A DNA stretch of 64,000 nt from Camelus ferus (GCF_009834535.1 NC_045698.1:13332001-13396000), one strand, 5' to 3'. Counted from the stretch's first letter, positions 1 to 13,371 are shown. Translations and numbers: made by a program. The notes: generated from the letters alone by a model not told the origin.

Positions 1-59
1 TAGTATTGGTAACCACTAGAGTCAAATAATGTGATTTTCTCTGTAGCGAGTAGCTTTTT

Positions 60-720
60 GCTTTTCTTTCTCTCTTTTTTTTTTTTCTAGTTTTAGTTTT
101 AGTGTCTTTTTGAAGCCCTCGATTATATATGTATTTTATGTTCCAGTCTGTCCCAGACATCATTATGTTTTGATTCTTGCACAGCCCCATTTTGACCCAC
201 TGGAGTTTCTTTCAAGTTGACTCTTGTGTATTTCTGATATGAACCCATGTTCTTTGAGAACTTTCTTGCTTTCTAGTGTAAAAATTATTTCAGGGTCATC
301 TTCTACATTTCTTGCCCTAGACCTGGAATCAGGCCTTTCTTAAAAAGTCCAGATTTCTTTTTTTTAAAATAGTACATAAAGACCAACGATTAGTCAGTCC
401 TTCTAGGTTAATTCAATCAATCTAGCTAGGAAAAATACACATTCTTTTTGAAAATTAAACACGGATTATAAATTCATGCTGCTATTTTTAATTCAAATTA
501 TGATTGCAGGATTTTACATAACTTTCTTAATTTTTAGTTTGTCTCTATTTTAAATTGAAAATTCTTGTTTTTTAACTTGGGTAACATAATAATTTATTTG
601 TTTAATCCTACAAAAACTCTAAGAGTTTCAAAGTAACATAATACAATTTATACAAACAATGTAAATATTCATTTATTAAACAGTTTAATATTTATTTACA
701 ATTCTATTTCATGCTTAAGA
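60..720 (-). mobile_element. Old L1 3' UTR fragment (L1MC4/5-like)
   Basis: Motif 'catttcttgccctagacctggaatcagg' and surrounding T-rich sequence resemble antisense L1MC 3' ends; boundaries approximate. Confidence 0.65.
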
Positions 721-769
721 TATATCACAACAATAATACTATTTGTTTCTGGGTACAGCTTACAGAAAA

Positions 770-1390
770 TAGGAGTAGTAGGAAATAAATAAGTGAATAC
801 ATTCATAATTTTAGATGATATTAAGTAATGTGGAGGAAAAATAGTGAGTGAGAAATATTTTTGGTGGGGTAAGTTACAGAAAGTCTCACTGAGAAAGGGC
901 TATTTGAAGACAAAACTAAAAAAGAGGGAAAACTTCTCAAAGTTAGGTGAAAAAAGGCTTCTAGGTAGAGGGAACAGGAAAGGTATAATCTTGATAAAGC
1001 ACTGGGTTTGGCATGCTTTGGTGAAAAGAAGAAGGATAGTCTGGTCAGCCTGGTGGACCATGAGTCCAGTCTCCACTCATAGTCAGAATTGTAGATAAGA
1101 TCAAGAACAGAGTCTTATAGACGATACTAAAGAGATATGTTGTGATGAGAAACCCCCCAGAGGAGAGAGATATGATCAGATTTTCACTTACACAACCCTG
1201 GATGAATCTTAAAAATGGATGGTCCTGGAGCCACGTGAAAGTGAGAACAATTAGGATGCTACTTACATAATCTGTGTACGTAGATGATGGTGTCTCAGCC
1301 AGAGTGGCAGTGGTACACATGTGAAGGAGGGCTCAATTAAATGATGATATTCAAAAGTATGGCTGAAATACTTATATTTATGGATGAATT
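770..1390 (-). mobile_element. L2 LINE 3' fragment
   Basis: Purine-rich antisense L2 motifs 'atatgatcagatttt' and 'agatgatggtgtctcagccagagtggcagtgg'. Confidence 0.7.
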
Positions 1391-1404
1391 TAACACATTG
1401 GGTA

Positions 1405-1900
1405 ATTTTCTCCTTTTCAAAATTATCCTTTTCCTTGGAATTTCTGGCCTTAAGATTCTTGATTTTTATTTTTGATGTATTTTTCCTCACTTCTGACTCA
1501 TCCTCAGACCTCTTTTAGAACGTTCTTCTTCTCCATGTCTCTAAGTACCTGCACTCGTTGAAGATGCTCTCCGAAGACCTCTTCTTATTCTAAACCTCCT
1601 GCTGTCTGATCTCATCAATTTCCCAAACTTACATTTCCATCTATAGTGGCATTGACTTCCATGTCTATGTCTTCATCCTACGTCTCTGCACTTCAAGGAT
1701 TTACTGGTATTTAAGATGGATTTTACACAACTATTACTCTGATTTTCTTGAAAGCTGAATTTATTGTTTGTTCATTATCTCACGGATTGGCACTTCCAGC
1801 TGCCCATGGACACCCCCGTCTGATTCCTGAGGGCTATGTGTGATTTTCCCTCTCCTGGTGCCTTGTTGGGTAATCCAAGCCTGTCATATTTTCTCTCTTA
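1405..1900 (+). mobile_element. L2 LINE fragment, sense orientation
   Basis: Pyrimidine-rich L2 motifs 'tgatctcatc', 'tccatctata...tgacttccatgtctatgtcttcatcc' and 'ccaagcctgtcatattttctctcttaat'. Confidence 0.65.
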
Positions 1901-3279
1901 ATTACTATTACGTGATAACATTGCTTTAAAATATTCACTGTCTCAGAAATGCCATGTACAATTTATGTTCTAAATTGATGTCGTTTAGTTCATCAGAGGA
2001 TATTACTGAAGTGTCAGGCAAGTGATGCCATGAGATGTTCTACATTAAATCTTGAGTTGAAGAAAAATTAAACACAGAGTTACTGTGCCAGGTAAATGTT
2101 GAACACAGGGCTTTGTTGAACAAAGGCCAACAAAAATATCCCAAAGTTAAAAGATAAGATTATTTAAAAATCATTCCTCATTGTCTTCTATTTCTGAAAT
2201 TAACTGAGGAAAATAATAAAAGTGAAAATCCTTTTTCCCTCTAGATGTGTCACATGAGAACATGTGTCTGTGTGCTAAGATGTACCTGAAGTTTGATTAG
2301 GAATTATTTTGATGGTTCCAAGAATTTCCAAAATAATTTTGGCCCTGTTTTTTGACTGTTCATTTATTTGTTTCATTCCCATCCCTTTGAGAAGTAAACA
2401 CAGAATCTTGAAATGTCATGTGTCTAAGATAAGTCTAAGAATCTAAGACTAACCTAATTTCATCATATCCACCATTTTTGCTTTAGAGCAACTTATAACC
2501 CTGAAAATCTTTCCCTTAATAGTTCTCTGAACACAGAGTGAAAGAATGAGACAAATAAGGAGCACATTGTGCTTCAGACTTTAACCATGGTTTCTTTATT
2601 TATGGTCAGCAGCTTGAAAGCTTACAAATTAAATGTGCACCAAAAAGTGAATTTCACATATGTTGGGAAAATTAGGAGCTGTCATTCTTCATTCAGCCAT
2701 TCAAAGCAAGCCAGAAGCCAACCTAGAAAGAAATTTACACTTGAAAATTCTCTTTTGTTGTTATTCTCTCTGTATGCAGATATTGTCCTGATTGAATGAA
2801 ACTCCCTTTTGAAGTAGACCACACCTAAAGTTGTTATTATTATTATTTTTCATTCTACTTCTATGATTTGGAAGCTCTGATTCTGGAATGACTTCTAGAG
2901 AAAAACATACTCTTAATTTCTATCATTTAAAGAGAAATAAAATATACCATGCTTTCATCATGTTATTCCATGTATAACATCTCCCTTCATATAATTGTGA
3001 AACAACATACTCCTTTTCATTGGAGTTTTAATTTTTGAACAATGAGTGATCAATTAACTAGTTCTTTAGGTGTAAATTATTATATGTCCAAATACAGTTA
3101 TATTGTTTTTCTTTAATTTCTTAAATTGAATATAACACACACATACACCATGAGTTTTTAAGAAATTCCTAGTAATTGACATTTAGATTTATTCACAATA
3201 TAAAAATACTTAAGGATTGTCTATTTACAATTGTCCTTATAGGGTAAACTCCTGAATGTTCCTTCCTTTGAGATTTCAT

Positions 3280-3591
3280 TATAGTTTCTTTTTTTTTTTT
3301 TTTTTTTTTTTGGCAGGGCAAGGAATAGTGACTTTATTTGGAAAGCTGGCTGATGGAGAAGATAGCAAACTAATGTTCTGAAGGACCATCTTCCCCAAGT
3401 CAGAATTCAGGCTCCTTTTCTACTAAAAAGAAAAGAGGGTATTGTTGGTTGTTGCAAACTTGTTGGTTTAGGAATTCTTTGTTCTTGGCAGCCGTCCATG
3501 TGGGTCGGGTCATGGTGCCCCTGTGAAACCTCCAACAAAACAAGTGTTATTTTCTGCTCTGCAACTTGTTATCTTTCTACAGTTTCTTTTT
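3280..3591 (-). mobile_element. Polyadenylated retrocopy of an ERV LTR U3-R fragment with TSD
   Basis: T23 at 3289-3311; AATAAA on minus strand at 3333-3338; flanking direct repeat tatagtttcttttt (3280-3293) / tacagtttcttttt (3578-3591); body resembles an ERV1 LTR. Confidence 0.8.
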
Positions 3592-3809
3592 GTTAACTTT
3601 TCAGTTTTCATGCTATAGTAGCAGAGGAGTATTGAGCCGCTTGAGAGTTTTTAGGAGGTCATTGCCAAGAAGGACTAATCACGTCACGTAAACACCATGT
3701 AGTCCTCAATATCATAGTCTGTTTTTTTAAAGGAAATATAACTTCTTTCCTGAAATGAGCTGAAATCCTGATTTTGATAGTATTTCTTATCGATAAATGT
3801 AACTGTAAT

Positions 3810-5640
3810 ATTTTAACAGTTTTATTGGAGTATGATTGACTCACCATAAATGCATCCATTTTAAGTATACAATTCTTTTTTGCAATTTTATAAAGATTTA
3901 GATCTTTTTGTATATTTATAGAATTCTGCAGGCATCACCACAATGCAATTTGAGAACATTTCCATAAACACAAAGCGTTCCATCATGCTTGCTTACAGTT
4001 ACTACATGCTCCCTCTTTTAGATGTAGGTAACACTGATCTGCTTTTGTTCTCTAAAATTTTGCATTTTCTGTACATTTTATAAAAATGAAATCACATAAT
4101 AAGTAGTCCTTTTGTTTTTTTCACTTAGCATAATATTTTGAGTCTCTTCCATACCATAGCATGCACTTTGTTCCCTTATAATGCCACATTGTATTCAGTT
4201 GTTTAGATTATCACTTTTGTTTATCTATTTACAAGTTGTTGGACATATGAATTATTTCCAGATTGGAGCTATTATGAATAATTCGGTTATAAACATTAAT
4301 ATACATGTCTTTTTGTGAATATATGTCTTTATTTCTCTTGGGTAGGTTTCTAGGAGTGGGATTATCAATCATGTAAGTTTGTATTTAAATTTTAAAGAAA
4401 AAACCAACCTGTTTTCTAGATTGACTATCATTTTCACTTCTATTAGCGAAATTTGAATATTCCTGTTTATATCTTTGTTAACACTTAATACCATCTTTCT
4501 TTTTTTTATAGCTTTTTAAATTGGTGTGTATTGGTACCTCACTATGGTCTTAATTTATCAATAAGAAAAGATGTTGAGCATCTTTTCATGTGCTTTTAGC
4601 TATTTTTATATTTTATTTAGCAACATGACTATTCAAATACTTGTCTATTTTAAAATCATATTTTCTCTTTAAATTGTAATAATGTTTCATATGTTATTGA
4701 TATAATACTTTATGAGATATTTTAATTCCTGAATTTGTTAATTTGTGTTTTCTCTCTTTTTTTTCTTGGTCAGGATAGCTATGATTTGGCAATTTTTTTT
4801 TTGATCTTTTAAAGAATCATATTTTGTTGCCATTCTATATTGCTTTCCATTTTCTATTTCATTGATTTCTTCCTTAATCTTTGCTGTTTCTTATTTGTAC
4901 ATGTTTGGATTTAGGTTGTCCTTTTATTTCCATTTTATAAGATGAAAGCTCATTATTGATATGAGATATTTCTTCTTTTTTGATATGTACAAAGTTATAA
5001 ATCATCCTCAAGATACTGCTTTAGAGGCATTCATCAATTTTAATTTGCTCTGTTACCATTTCCATTCAGTTGACACTTCTATCTAATTTATTTTGAGACA
5101 TTTTCTTTGAATTATCGATTATGTAAAATTATCCAAGTTTATTTCTAAGTATCTGGAGATTTTCCAAATTTCTTTTAATTTTTAATTTCTAGTTTAATTT
5201 TATTGTGGTCAATCCTTTTAAATCTATTGGGACTTGTTGTGTAGCTTAAAACATGGTCTATTCTAAAAAAGTATTTCTAAGTGCACTTGCTAAGAATGGA
5301 CATTCTACTGTTCTTGGATACAATGCGCTATATATTTCAGTTAGGTTGGTTTGATTAATACTGTTGTTCAAATTTTCTATAACCTTTCTGATTTTTCCAA
5401 CTTGAAATGTTATCAATTATTTATAGTGAGGGGTGAAATTATCCAACTACTAATGTTGAATTGTATATTTCTCCTTTCAAAATCATTGGCTTTTGCTCTT
5501 TATGTTTTGTGGATCTACTTCAGAGATTGATACTTTATTATTGTGAAATATCTCTTTTGTTTCAAATAATATTTCTTGACTTAAAGTTTATTTTGTCTGA
5601 CCTTAATATATACTAATAGATAGTTTACTGTTGTATTATT
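3810..5640 (-). mobile_element. Old L1M (3' UTR plus ORF2-derived pieces)
   Basis: Starts 'aacagttttattggagtatgattgactcaccataaatgcatccattttaagtatacaattc', a typical antisense L1M 3' end, then antisense ORF2-like sequence. Confidence 0.85.
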
Positions 5641-5714
5641 TGATCATTATTTTACTTCAAATGATCGGTTTCTTGAAATATAATGTGGACGGTGGAGATA
5701 TATATATATATAAA

Positions 5715-6560
5715 TCCATACTAACAATAGTGAAGTGATTTGAATTTGCATTTCCCTGATGATTTCTGATGTTGAGCTTCTATTCATATAGCTGGTGGCT
5801 GTTTGTATGTCTTCTTTAGAGAAATGTGTATTCAAATCTTTTCCCAACTTTTAAGTGGGTGATTTGAGGGGTTTTGTTTGTTTGTTTGGCTGTTGTGCTG
5901 TAGGCGTTCCTTGTATATTTTGGATGTTAAGCCCATGGGGATAGGTCTGGTCTTAGGCTTTTCTTTGTTGGGAGGTTTATGATTACAGATTCATTTCATT
6001 GTTATGGTTTGTTCAGTTTCCTGTTTCTTTATGATTCAGCCTTGGTAGGTTGGATGTTTCTAAGAAGTGATTTATTTCTTCTAGGTTATTCAATTTGTTA
6101 GCATGTAATTGTTCATGTTAGTCTCTTAAGATCCTATTTAATACTGTGGCATCAGTTGTAACATTCTGTTTATTTGGTCATTGAGTCTTTTTTTTTAAGT
6201 ATAGTTAAATATTTGTCAAATTTGTTATCTTTTCAAAAAACCAACTCATTTTCAATGCAGGATCTTTCATCCTGTTCTCTTATTTGCCTTTTTTTTTTTT
6301 TTTTGCATTTCTGTTCTAATATTTAGCATTTTGTTTCTTCTGATAACATGGACCTTTGTTTGTCAACTTTTTCTAGTTCCTTACAGTGTAAAATTAACTT
6401 ATCTGTGATCTTTTTTTAATGCAGTATCACTATAAGCTTTCTTCTTAGTATTGCTTTTGTAGAAATAATGCTATTTCCCACAAGTTTCAGTAAGTTGTAT
6501 TTTCATTTTCATTTATTTCAAGGTCTTCTCTAATTTCCCCTTTGATTTTGTCTTTCAAGT
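5715..6560 (-). mobile_element. L1 ORF2 fragments (L1MA/MB-like)
   Basis: Minus-strand translation MGKDLNTHFSKEDIQTATSYMNRSSTS matches the L1 ORF2p C-terminal motif 'KDLNRHFSKEDIQMA...MKRCSTS'. Confidence 0.85.
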
Positions 6561-8314
6561 GGTATACATAAAGGCAACTGTATTTTGGTCAACAACAAAT
6601 GTATTGATTATAATGAAAATTAATTGAGTTATCTTTATTTAAACTGTGAAGCGAGGTCAAATATTACATATACTCATTAATACCTTGAAAAGTCAGAAAG
6701 TCATAGCATAGAAGAGCACACACTGAATATTTCATGAAAATTCTATTAGTAAAATTTGAGTTAGTTATTTAAATGTAGCATAAAGTCATGAAAGTCTTCC
6801 ATTTCTCATCAAGTCATTTTCATAGTGAGGCAATTCTATCTTCTATATATGAAATTGAGGGATAAATTACCAGTCAACTTTCTCCAGGAAGCATGAACAC
6901 ACGAGTCGGGTAATTTTTCTGTGAGTTAATAATTAATCAGTTGACTGTTTATAGGTGCATCAGTGGTTTATCACTTATCAACAAGTGATAATGGAGTATT
7001 TTTAAAAGAAAGGGAGGAGATCTACCAATGCAGTCCATTCAGAATACTCAGGACGGAGGGACACAAACTGGACCTGAGGCACCAATCAAAGACATCTGGC
7101 ACCAAGATCTACTAAGGTTTTTACTCTTTAGTATAAATAAAAATTCTCAGCTTAGTTCCTATTTTTAGCTATGCAATTTTGCTCTGACCATAAATAGATT
7201 TATTCTATTTCACAATTTCTGTATAGTTTTATCATTATCTAGTGGAAAAAAACTACTCATGTTACCAAACTGCTTTTTAAAACACTCCTTTAAATATTTA
7301 TTGTAACCAGACATTTTGTCCCTGCAGGTTTACAGGTTATTATAATAAAGGCAATAAGTGGAAGATGACATAATTAAAAAGTTATTTTTACTGTAAGATA
7401 AAATTATCCAATTATCCTCAACAATATAATCCATAGACAGACAATAGTGAAAGAATTCTAAAATATGCCATAAATTGACCTAGAAGGAATGAAAGCATTT
7501 TCCCATAGCACAATTTAATGCAACAAAATATTATTGAAAAATATTGCATACATTTTAGGTATATTCAAATCCACTTTTAAATGTTTTGCTTTCATAAATG
7601 CATTCCAGGTATGTTACATGTGAAATATTCCTGGCTGAAATTTTAAACTTGGTATATCACTAGTTCTGTATACATTTATTTTTATTTTCTTGTAATCTAA
7701 AGTTTCCTTTTTAATTGAAGTTCTTACAAGGAAAGCAAATCAATTTAAAGAAAAGAGTTAAGAAAATAGCAGAACAGGTTGCCCTGCATCTATGGAGTGA
7801 AGGTGGCCTGGAAATGCCTGGAGTCTGGAAAACCCTGGATGGTGGGGACAGTAGAGCTGAGTACTTGCAGTCAGAGTGCCCTGTAAGCTCCACTGTATGA
7901 TCAGGGCATCTTGGGGACCTGCATCTGCTCGTTGGCCAGGCCCAAGCAGTGAGCTAGTTCCAAAAGCTGGCAGAATGGAAGGGCACTGGAGTTGTACCTG
8001 GAATCCACGCTGGCCACGAGCTAAGAATCACCCCAGCATCATCCTTGCCTTGAGGTATCAGATGGGAGCCTTGGGGCCAGCCATCCAGGCTTATGAATGC
8101 GTTGAATGACAGGTTGACCCAGCACCAGTCCTCTGTGATCAGTTGTCCATAGGGATGGAGCCTCCAGTCCAGGTCTGACAGAGGCCTTCTGCAGCGGCCT
8201 TCTGCATGGGGGAGGTGGAGGGACTTGAGGCAGGTTGATCAGGGCCCAGAAGGTGCATAAGCCTGGGGGAGCTGCCTGTTTCCCTTCTGTAAGGAGTGTA
8301 AAGAGACAGAGGAA

Positions 8315-8385
8315 GGAGACCAGAAACCAGAATTTCAGCTCCAACTCTCTCCCAACTGGTTGTGTCCTTGGCAAGTCAAAGGTAT
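8315..8385 (+). mobile_element. MIR core fragment
   Basis: 'tggttgtgtccttggcaagtca' resembles the MIR core. Confidence 0.55.
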
Positions 8386-8979
8386 ACATACCATTTTCAA
8401 TATTATATTTACTCTTTTACTTACTGAATCATTTTTTACAAATATTTATCAGGTGACTTCTGTGCATCAAGAATTCTCTAGATGCTGATAAAAATAAAGT
8501 TCCCGCCTTTAAGGAATTCATTTATTTTCAAGTTTTTCAAAGGTAACTAATTCTCTGAGTATCAGTTTAGTAAAGCTCTACTTTTTTAGCATACTATTAT
8601 ACGTTAAATTGTATAAGTGATTACAAATGTTAAACTCTCATTGTGTGTGTGTGCGCATACATATGTTTCTTGATTCCCACATGAGGCTCACAGGGAACAG
8701 GGGACTCAGTAAATGGTTAATTGGAATTTCCTCTAAAGCGTTACATTAGCCAAACAGATCGTTTGATTTGTGTGCATGTTACAGAAAGAGAGCGAGAAAC
8801 TTGAGAACCCGTCAATAAAGAGGTTCCTTATTTGCCTAATTATTTTCATATAGGTTTCAGGCAATTTTACAATATGTATTTTGTAATGTGATTAATTTGT
8901 AACTGGTTAAATTATATCATCTTTTATGCCTGGAGCCAAGTAGTAGATAAATTACATGTATGACAGTCATTATTTTATT

Positions 8980-9089
8980 GATCTCTTTAATTAATTAATT
9001 AATTAATTAATTAATTATTAAAGTGTTGTCAGTTACAATGTGTCAATTTCTGGTGTACAGCACAATGTCCCAGTCATGCAGATCTCTTT
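8980..9089 (-). mobile_element. Very short young L1 3' end with (TTAA)n tail and TSD
   Basis: TSD gatctcttt at 8980-8988 and 9081-9089; body is antisense of 'gctgtacaccagaaattgacacattgtaactgac', the same tail seen at 47.7 kb and 40.75 kb. Confidence 0.9.
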
Positions 9090-11561
9090 TAGATAATTAT
9101 AACAAACACCTGAGGTCAGAAAGAAGTTCTGATGGGAAAGAATCTCTCTTAATTCATGCTGTATGTAAATGTTTAATTCCTGGCATTTAAGTATCAAAGG
9201 AATCTCTTTAGAGAAGTAGTATTTATTTAGTGTAATTCCTGTTGGTATTTCAAACAGATTTCTCCAATTAAATTAATTTTCTTTGTTTTTTAAATAAGTT
9301 TCTTTAAAAATATGCACTTGGAGACTCTAATATCAATTGCTATTCATTTTTTTTCAAGGAATGGATTTCTTTCAATTAATTTTATTTCTTTAATAGAGAT
9401 CTCAAGCTTTGAACCTCTCAAGATTTTTCTCGCTCAATCCTTGTTTGTAAGTGTCTTTGCCATCCTCTAATTTCTGCGAGGAGCTCCCTTCATCACTAGA
9501 AACATAATGTTGCTGGAGGGGCTAAAATAATCTAATATTTCAATATCTAAAATTTCAATGTTTTTTCCTAAGTGTACTGAGAATTCCTCAAATTCTAGGT
9601 GAAACAAATTTATATCTTAGGTAATTATATATCTTGGCTCTCACAATTAGCACTTTGGTTTTTTGATTAAATAATGACAACAGCTGAACTTTAGTTCTGA
9701 GTGTTGGGTTCAGTTTTACAGCTAAAAATCTTATTTTAGTTTTTATTCAAATACGATAAATATTTTCTATGAAAATAGCCCTTGAAAAATGAGTTCTAAA
9801 TTTACTTACTAGATTTCTCTGCTCTAATTTACTTACAAGTAGAGATTAAAAACAATGAAATGTTTCCTAAATACAATAAAACACACTATGAATCAAATAT
9901 TGTTTAAATGGATCAGTCTTGCCTAGTACATATTCAAAATAGAAGTGTGATTTATCTCAGCAGCCTTAACACTTATAATAAAGATATTTTAAATAAAATG
10001 TGATTAAACTATAAATTAGTGGCTGACTGGTTTTGGCAAACTCTCACATTTTTTGTATATCACAGTGCTACCAGTTGTTCAATACATGGACACATCAAGC
10101 ACTGTGACAGGTATGGCCCTCCAGTTCACTTAAGCTAGTTTGCTAATAACTGCCTTTTACTCATTGCATAGCTCTTGTCTGCAGTTTTATATTTCCTTTG
10201 TGAGCTTTTTTTTTTTCAACAAAATGTTCAAAGCTCACACAACATAACAAACATGAACATGTATCATTTCAAGAACTTTTCATACTTTATAGCCAAAGGC
10301 ACTTTGTAATATTATTTTTTTTCCTACAGATCATCTTAATAAACCAAATATTTCAAACGGTTTTGAGAAGAATATTAGTGTATAACAAGGTTGCATTGTT
10401 TTCCTGATCAATAATCTACCACTTTTGACCAATAAATTTATATATAAATATAAATATATTTATCTATCTATCTTAATATGTTTAAGAGTTGGAGGCAGAG
10501 GCATCTAAACCCAAAAAGGATGATGGTTTGTATAAAAATTACTTTTTTCTTCAATATGAGAAGATATCAATCTTTGATTTTACTTTCAATAAACTTGTTA
10601 TTGCTTCCAAACAATATATTTTTCTTTCAAAGATGATTTAGACCTTGATAGGAAGAAATGAAAATTAAATGACATGAAACATAAAAACTCCCACTATATC
10701 TATATATGTATCTCTTTGTATGTAATATTATTTCAACCTTCATGCTGATAGTTTGTATGAACTACGGATAGAAACTATATTCTTTCTTATGCCTGACTCT
10801 TATTTTCTATGGACAAATTAAATGTAATTTCCAGTATGCTCTTTTGTTTTCAAATTATGACACATTAAATACTCAATTTTCTAAACTATGTATCAATATA
10901 ATCAAATATTTGTACATTAAATACCCCATTTGTGATACCAAGCTTTTAGATTTTTTGCATAAATATTAATTTATTTATTTGTAATAAACAAAGATTTTCC
11001 TAAGTTATGTATTAAATATGTTTGTGATTATTTTATTAAAAATGTCAGATGTAAAGACAGTTTTGAATGATCCTAGCAGTTTTCAGCAATAAGCTAGGGG
11101 GTGTTGGTCGTATAGCACAATGTATACACAATGTGTAAGTTTCAGACACAGAGTAGCCTTTTATTTTAGTCAGTTCCTAGAATGTCTTTCTGATTCTTAT
11201 TTGATTTGTTTTCTTTGCCTGCTATATCAGCCAATTAATTTCCATGAAGATATATTCTGAGGAAAGTGTTTTTTGTTTTATTGAAAATAACGTGTCAATT
11301 GATAGTCACTGAATTTAAAATAACTAAGTCAATTAAAAGTATGTTTTAATACTTATAATGTACCATGAAAATTTTTCTCTGATTTTAAACAATCTATTGG
11401 TAGAGTGAGAGACTAATTTTCCTTCTAACAGCATTGTAATATATTCTTTAAATGTTTGGAAAGTACTGTGGAAAATTATTCTACAAAGAGGCCTATAATT
11501 ATAGCTATTGATAGTTTTCCCTTGTTTGATTTGCCTGTGAAGAGATCTTCTGTAACTTTCT

Positions 11562-11732
11562 TAATTTTTATTGAAATGTAGTTGTTATAAAACACTATAT
11601 TTATTTCAAGTGTACAACATGTTGATTTGACCTATGTATATATTGAGAAATGATCACTACAATGAGTCCGATTAACATCTGAACCATATATATTTACAAA
11701 CTTTTTTCTTGTCATGATAAACTTTTAGTTTT
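11562..11732 (-). mobile_element. L1 3' end fragment
   Basis: 'tttttattgaaatgtagttg...caagtgtacaacat...aaatgatcactacaat'. Confidence 0.8.
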
Positions 11733-11979
11733 TAATATGTGATTAATTAGTTAATTAGAAATTTTATTTCATTGCTTACTCTTACAGTTTGAATTACCTC
11801 ATTTGGCACATTCTTCATTATGGTCTATCATTTTATTTTGTGATATTTCATTTTGTGACTTATTATATGATCAGCTCTGCATATCCAGTTTTCCTAGCAT
11901 ATGTTTTGCTGTCATTAAGAAAAGCTAACATAATACACTTGAGAGTAAGAAAGCCTCAGTGTGAATATTTACATGGCCA

Positions 11980-12510
11980 ACTTTGTCAGCTTTATTGAGG
12001 TATAATTGGCAGAAATTGCAGACACAAAATGCATACAATTGTCTCACTTGGTGTATCATACATTATGAAATAATGATCACCACAGTCAGGCTAATTACCA
12101 CATCCATCACCTCACATAGTCACCATTTTCTTTCTTTTTTCTTTTCGAGGTGAGAACACTTAAGATCTATCTTAGCGAAAGTCAGGTACACAGTACAATA
12201 TTGTTGACTGTAGTCACATTGCTGTATATTAGATCTCCAGAACGTACTTATCTTGCATAAGTGAAACTTTATGCCCTTTGGCCAACATCTATCCATTTCC
12301 TTTCTCCTTAGCCCCTGGAAACCACCATTCTACTCTCTGCTTCTATGGCGTTGACTATTTTAGATTCCATTTATAAGTGAGATCATGAAGTCCTTCTGTG
12401 TCTGGCTTATTTAACTTAGCATAACGTCCTCCAGGGCTGTACACGTCGTTGCAAATGGCAGGAGTTCCTTCTTTTTGAGGCTGAATAAGATTGCATTTTA
12501 TTACGTTTTA
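11980..12510 (-). mobile_element. L1MA8/9-like 3' end
   Basis: 'cagctttattgaggtataattg', 'agcccctggaaaccaccattctactctctgcttctatg', 'gtgtctggcttatttaacttagcataa'. Confidence 0.9.
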
Positions 12511-13371
12511 TATATCATGTTGATCACCCACTGTGGATCGGTGGTCCTGAGGAAACGCAACTGTCACCCAGATTTGGGTAACGTGGTGATCAACATGTTA
12601 AATATACTCATATGCTCCAACATTTAATCATAGAAACTTAGGCAAGTGCTATAACTACAGCCCAAACTATATTTTCCTTATTTATTATTTGATGATAGTA
12701 ATGCCTAAGTCAAATAATACGATATATGGGAATGACCTGTGTAAAATGTAAAATGCAATGAGTGTTGCGTAGGTTATATTTGTGACTATGTTGAACCATC
12801 TCATATTCTCAAGTGTAATCTCAATGGGAAAAAAAAAAATAAGAAAGTACTGACGGCTACTCAGTGAGTGGCATACACGGATTGGATCATCAATGCATTT
12901 CTCTTCCACAATTACCTTACTAGGAGTATCATGAAGCACTCACAAGGGCCCTGTGACTAAGGAGAATACTTTGAAATTCACAATCATAACACACTTAAAT
13001 TCATTAAATTCTGGGCACGTACCATTATGCCAGTAAGGATGCAATGAATGTTAAAAGAGTATGTCTCTCTTAATTCTTTGTTTTTATATTTGACATATTT
13101 ATAAGTTACTAATATAAATTTGGCCCAAATAGTTTCATATGCATTTGAGCATCTCCTAGGTGTAAGTGATGCTATAAAAGGAAATTCATTTCTTCCGTCT
13201 GTGATTTTCTTTTAAAATTCAACTAAAGAATTTTTCTTTTCAGAAACTGCACTTTTCATTTCTGTAATTTTCCCTTGATTCTTGTTATTAAATAAATTAA
13301 AATCTTGCTAAAATTCTCTATCTTTTTAACTATTTTTAATATATTAATCACAGTTATATTAAAGTTTGTAT

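Noticed and set aside
12544..12556. 'gtcctgaggaaac' resembling a hammerhead ribozyme core (CUGANGA, GAAA)
   Set aside because: No stem II separates CUGANGA from GAAA, and the stem III/UH arrangement cannot be built.
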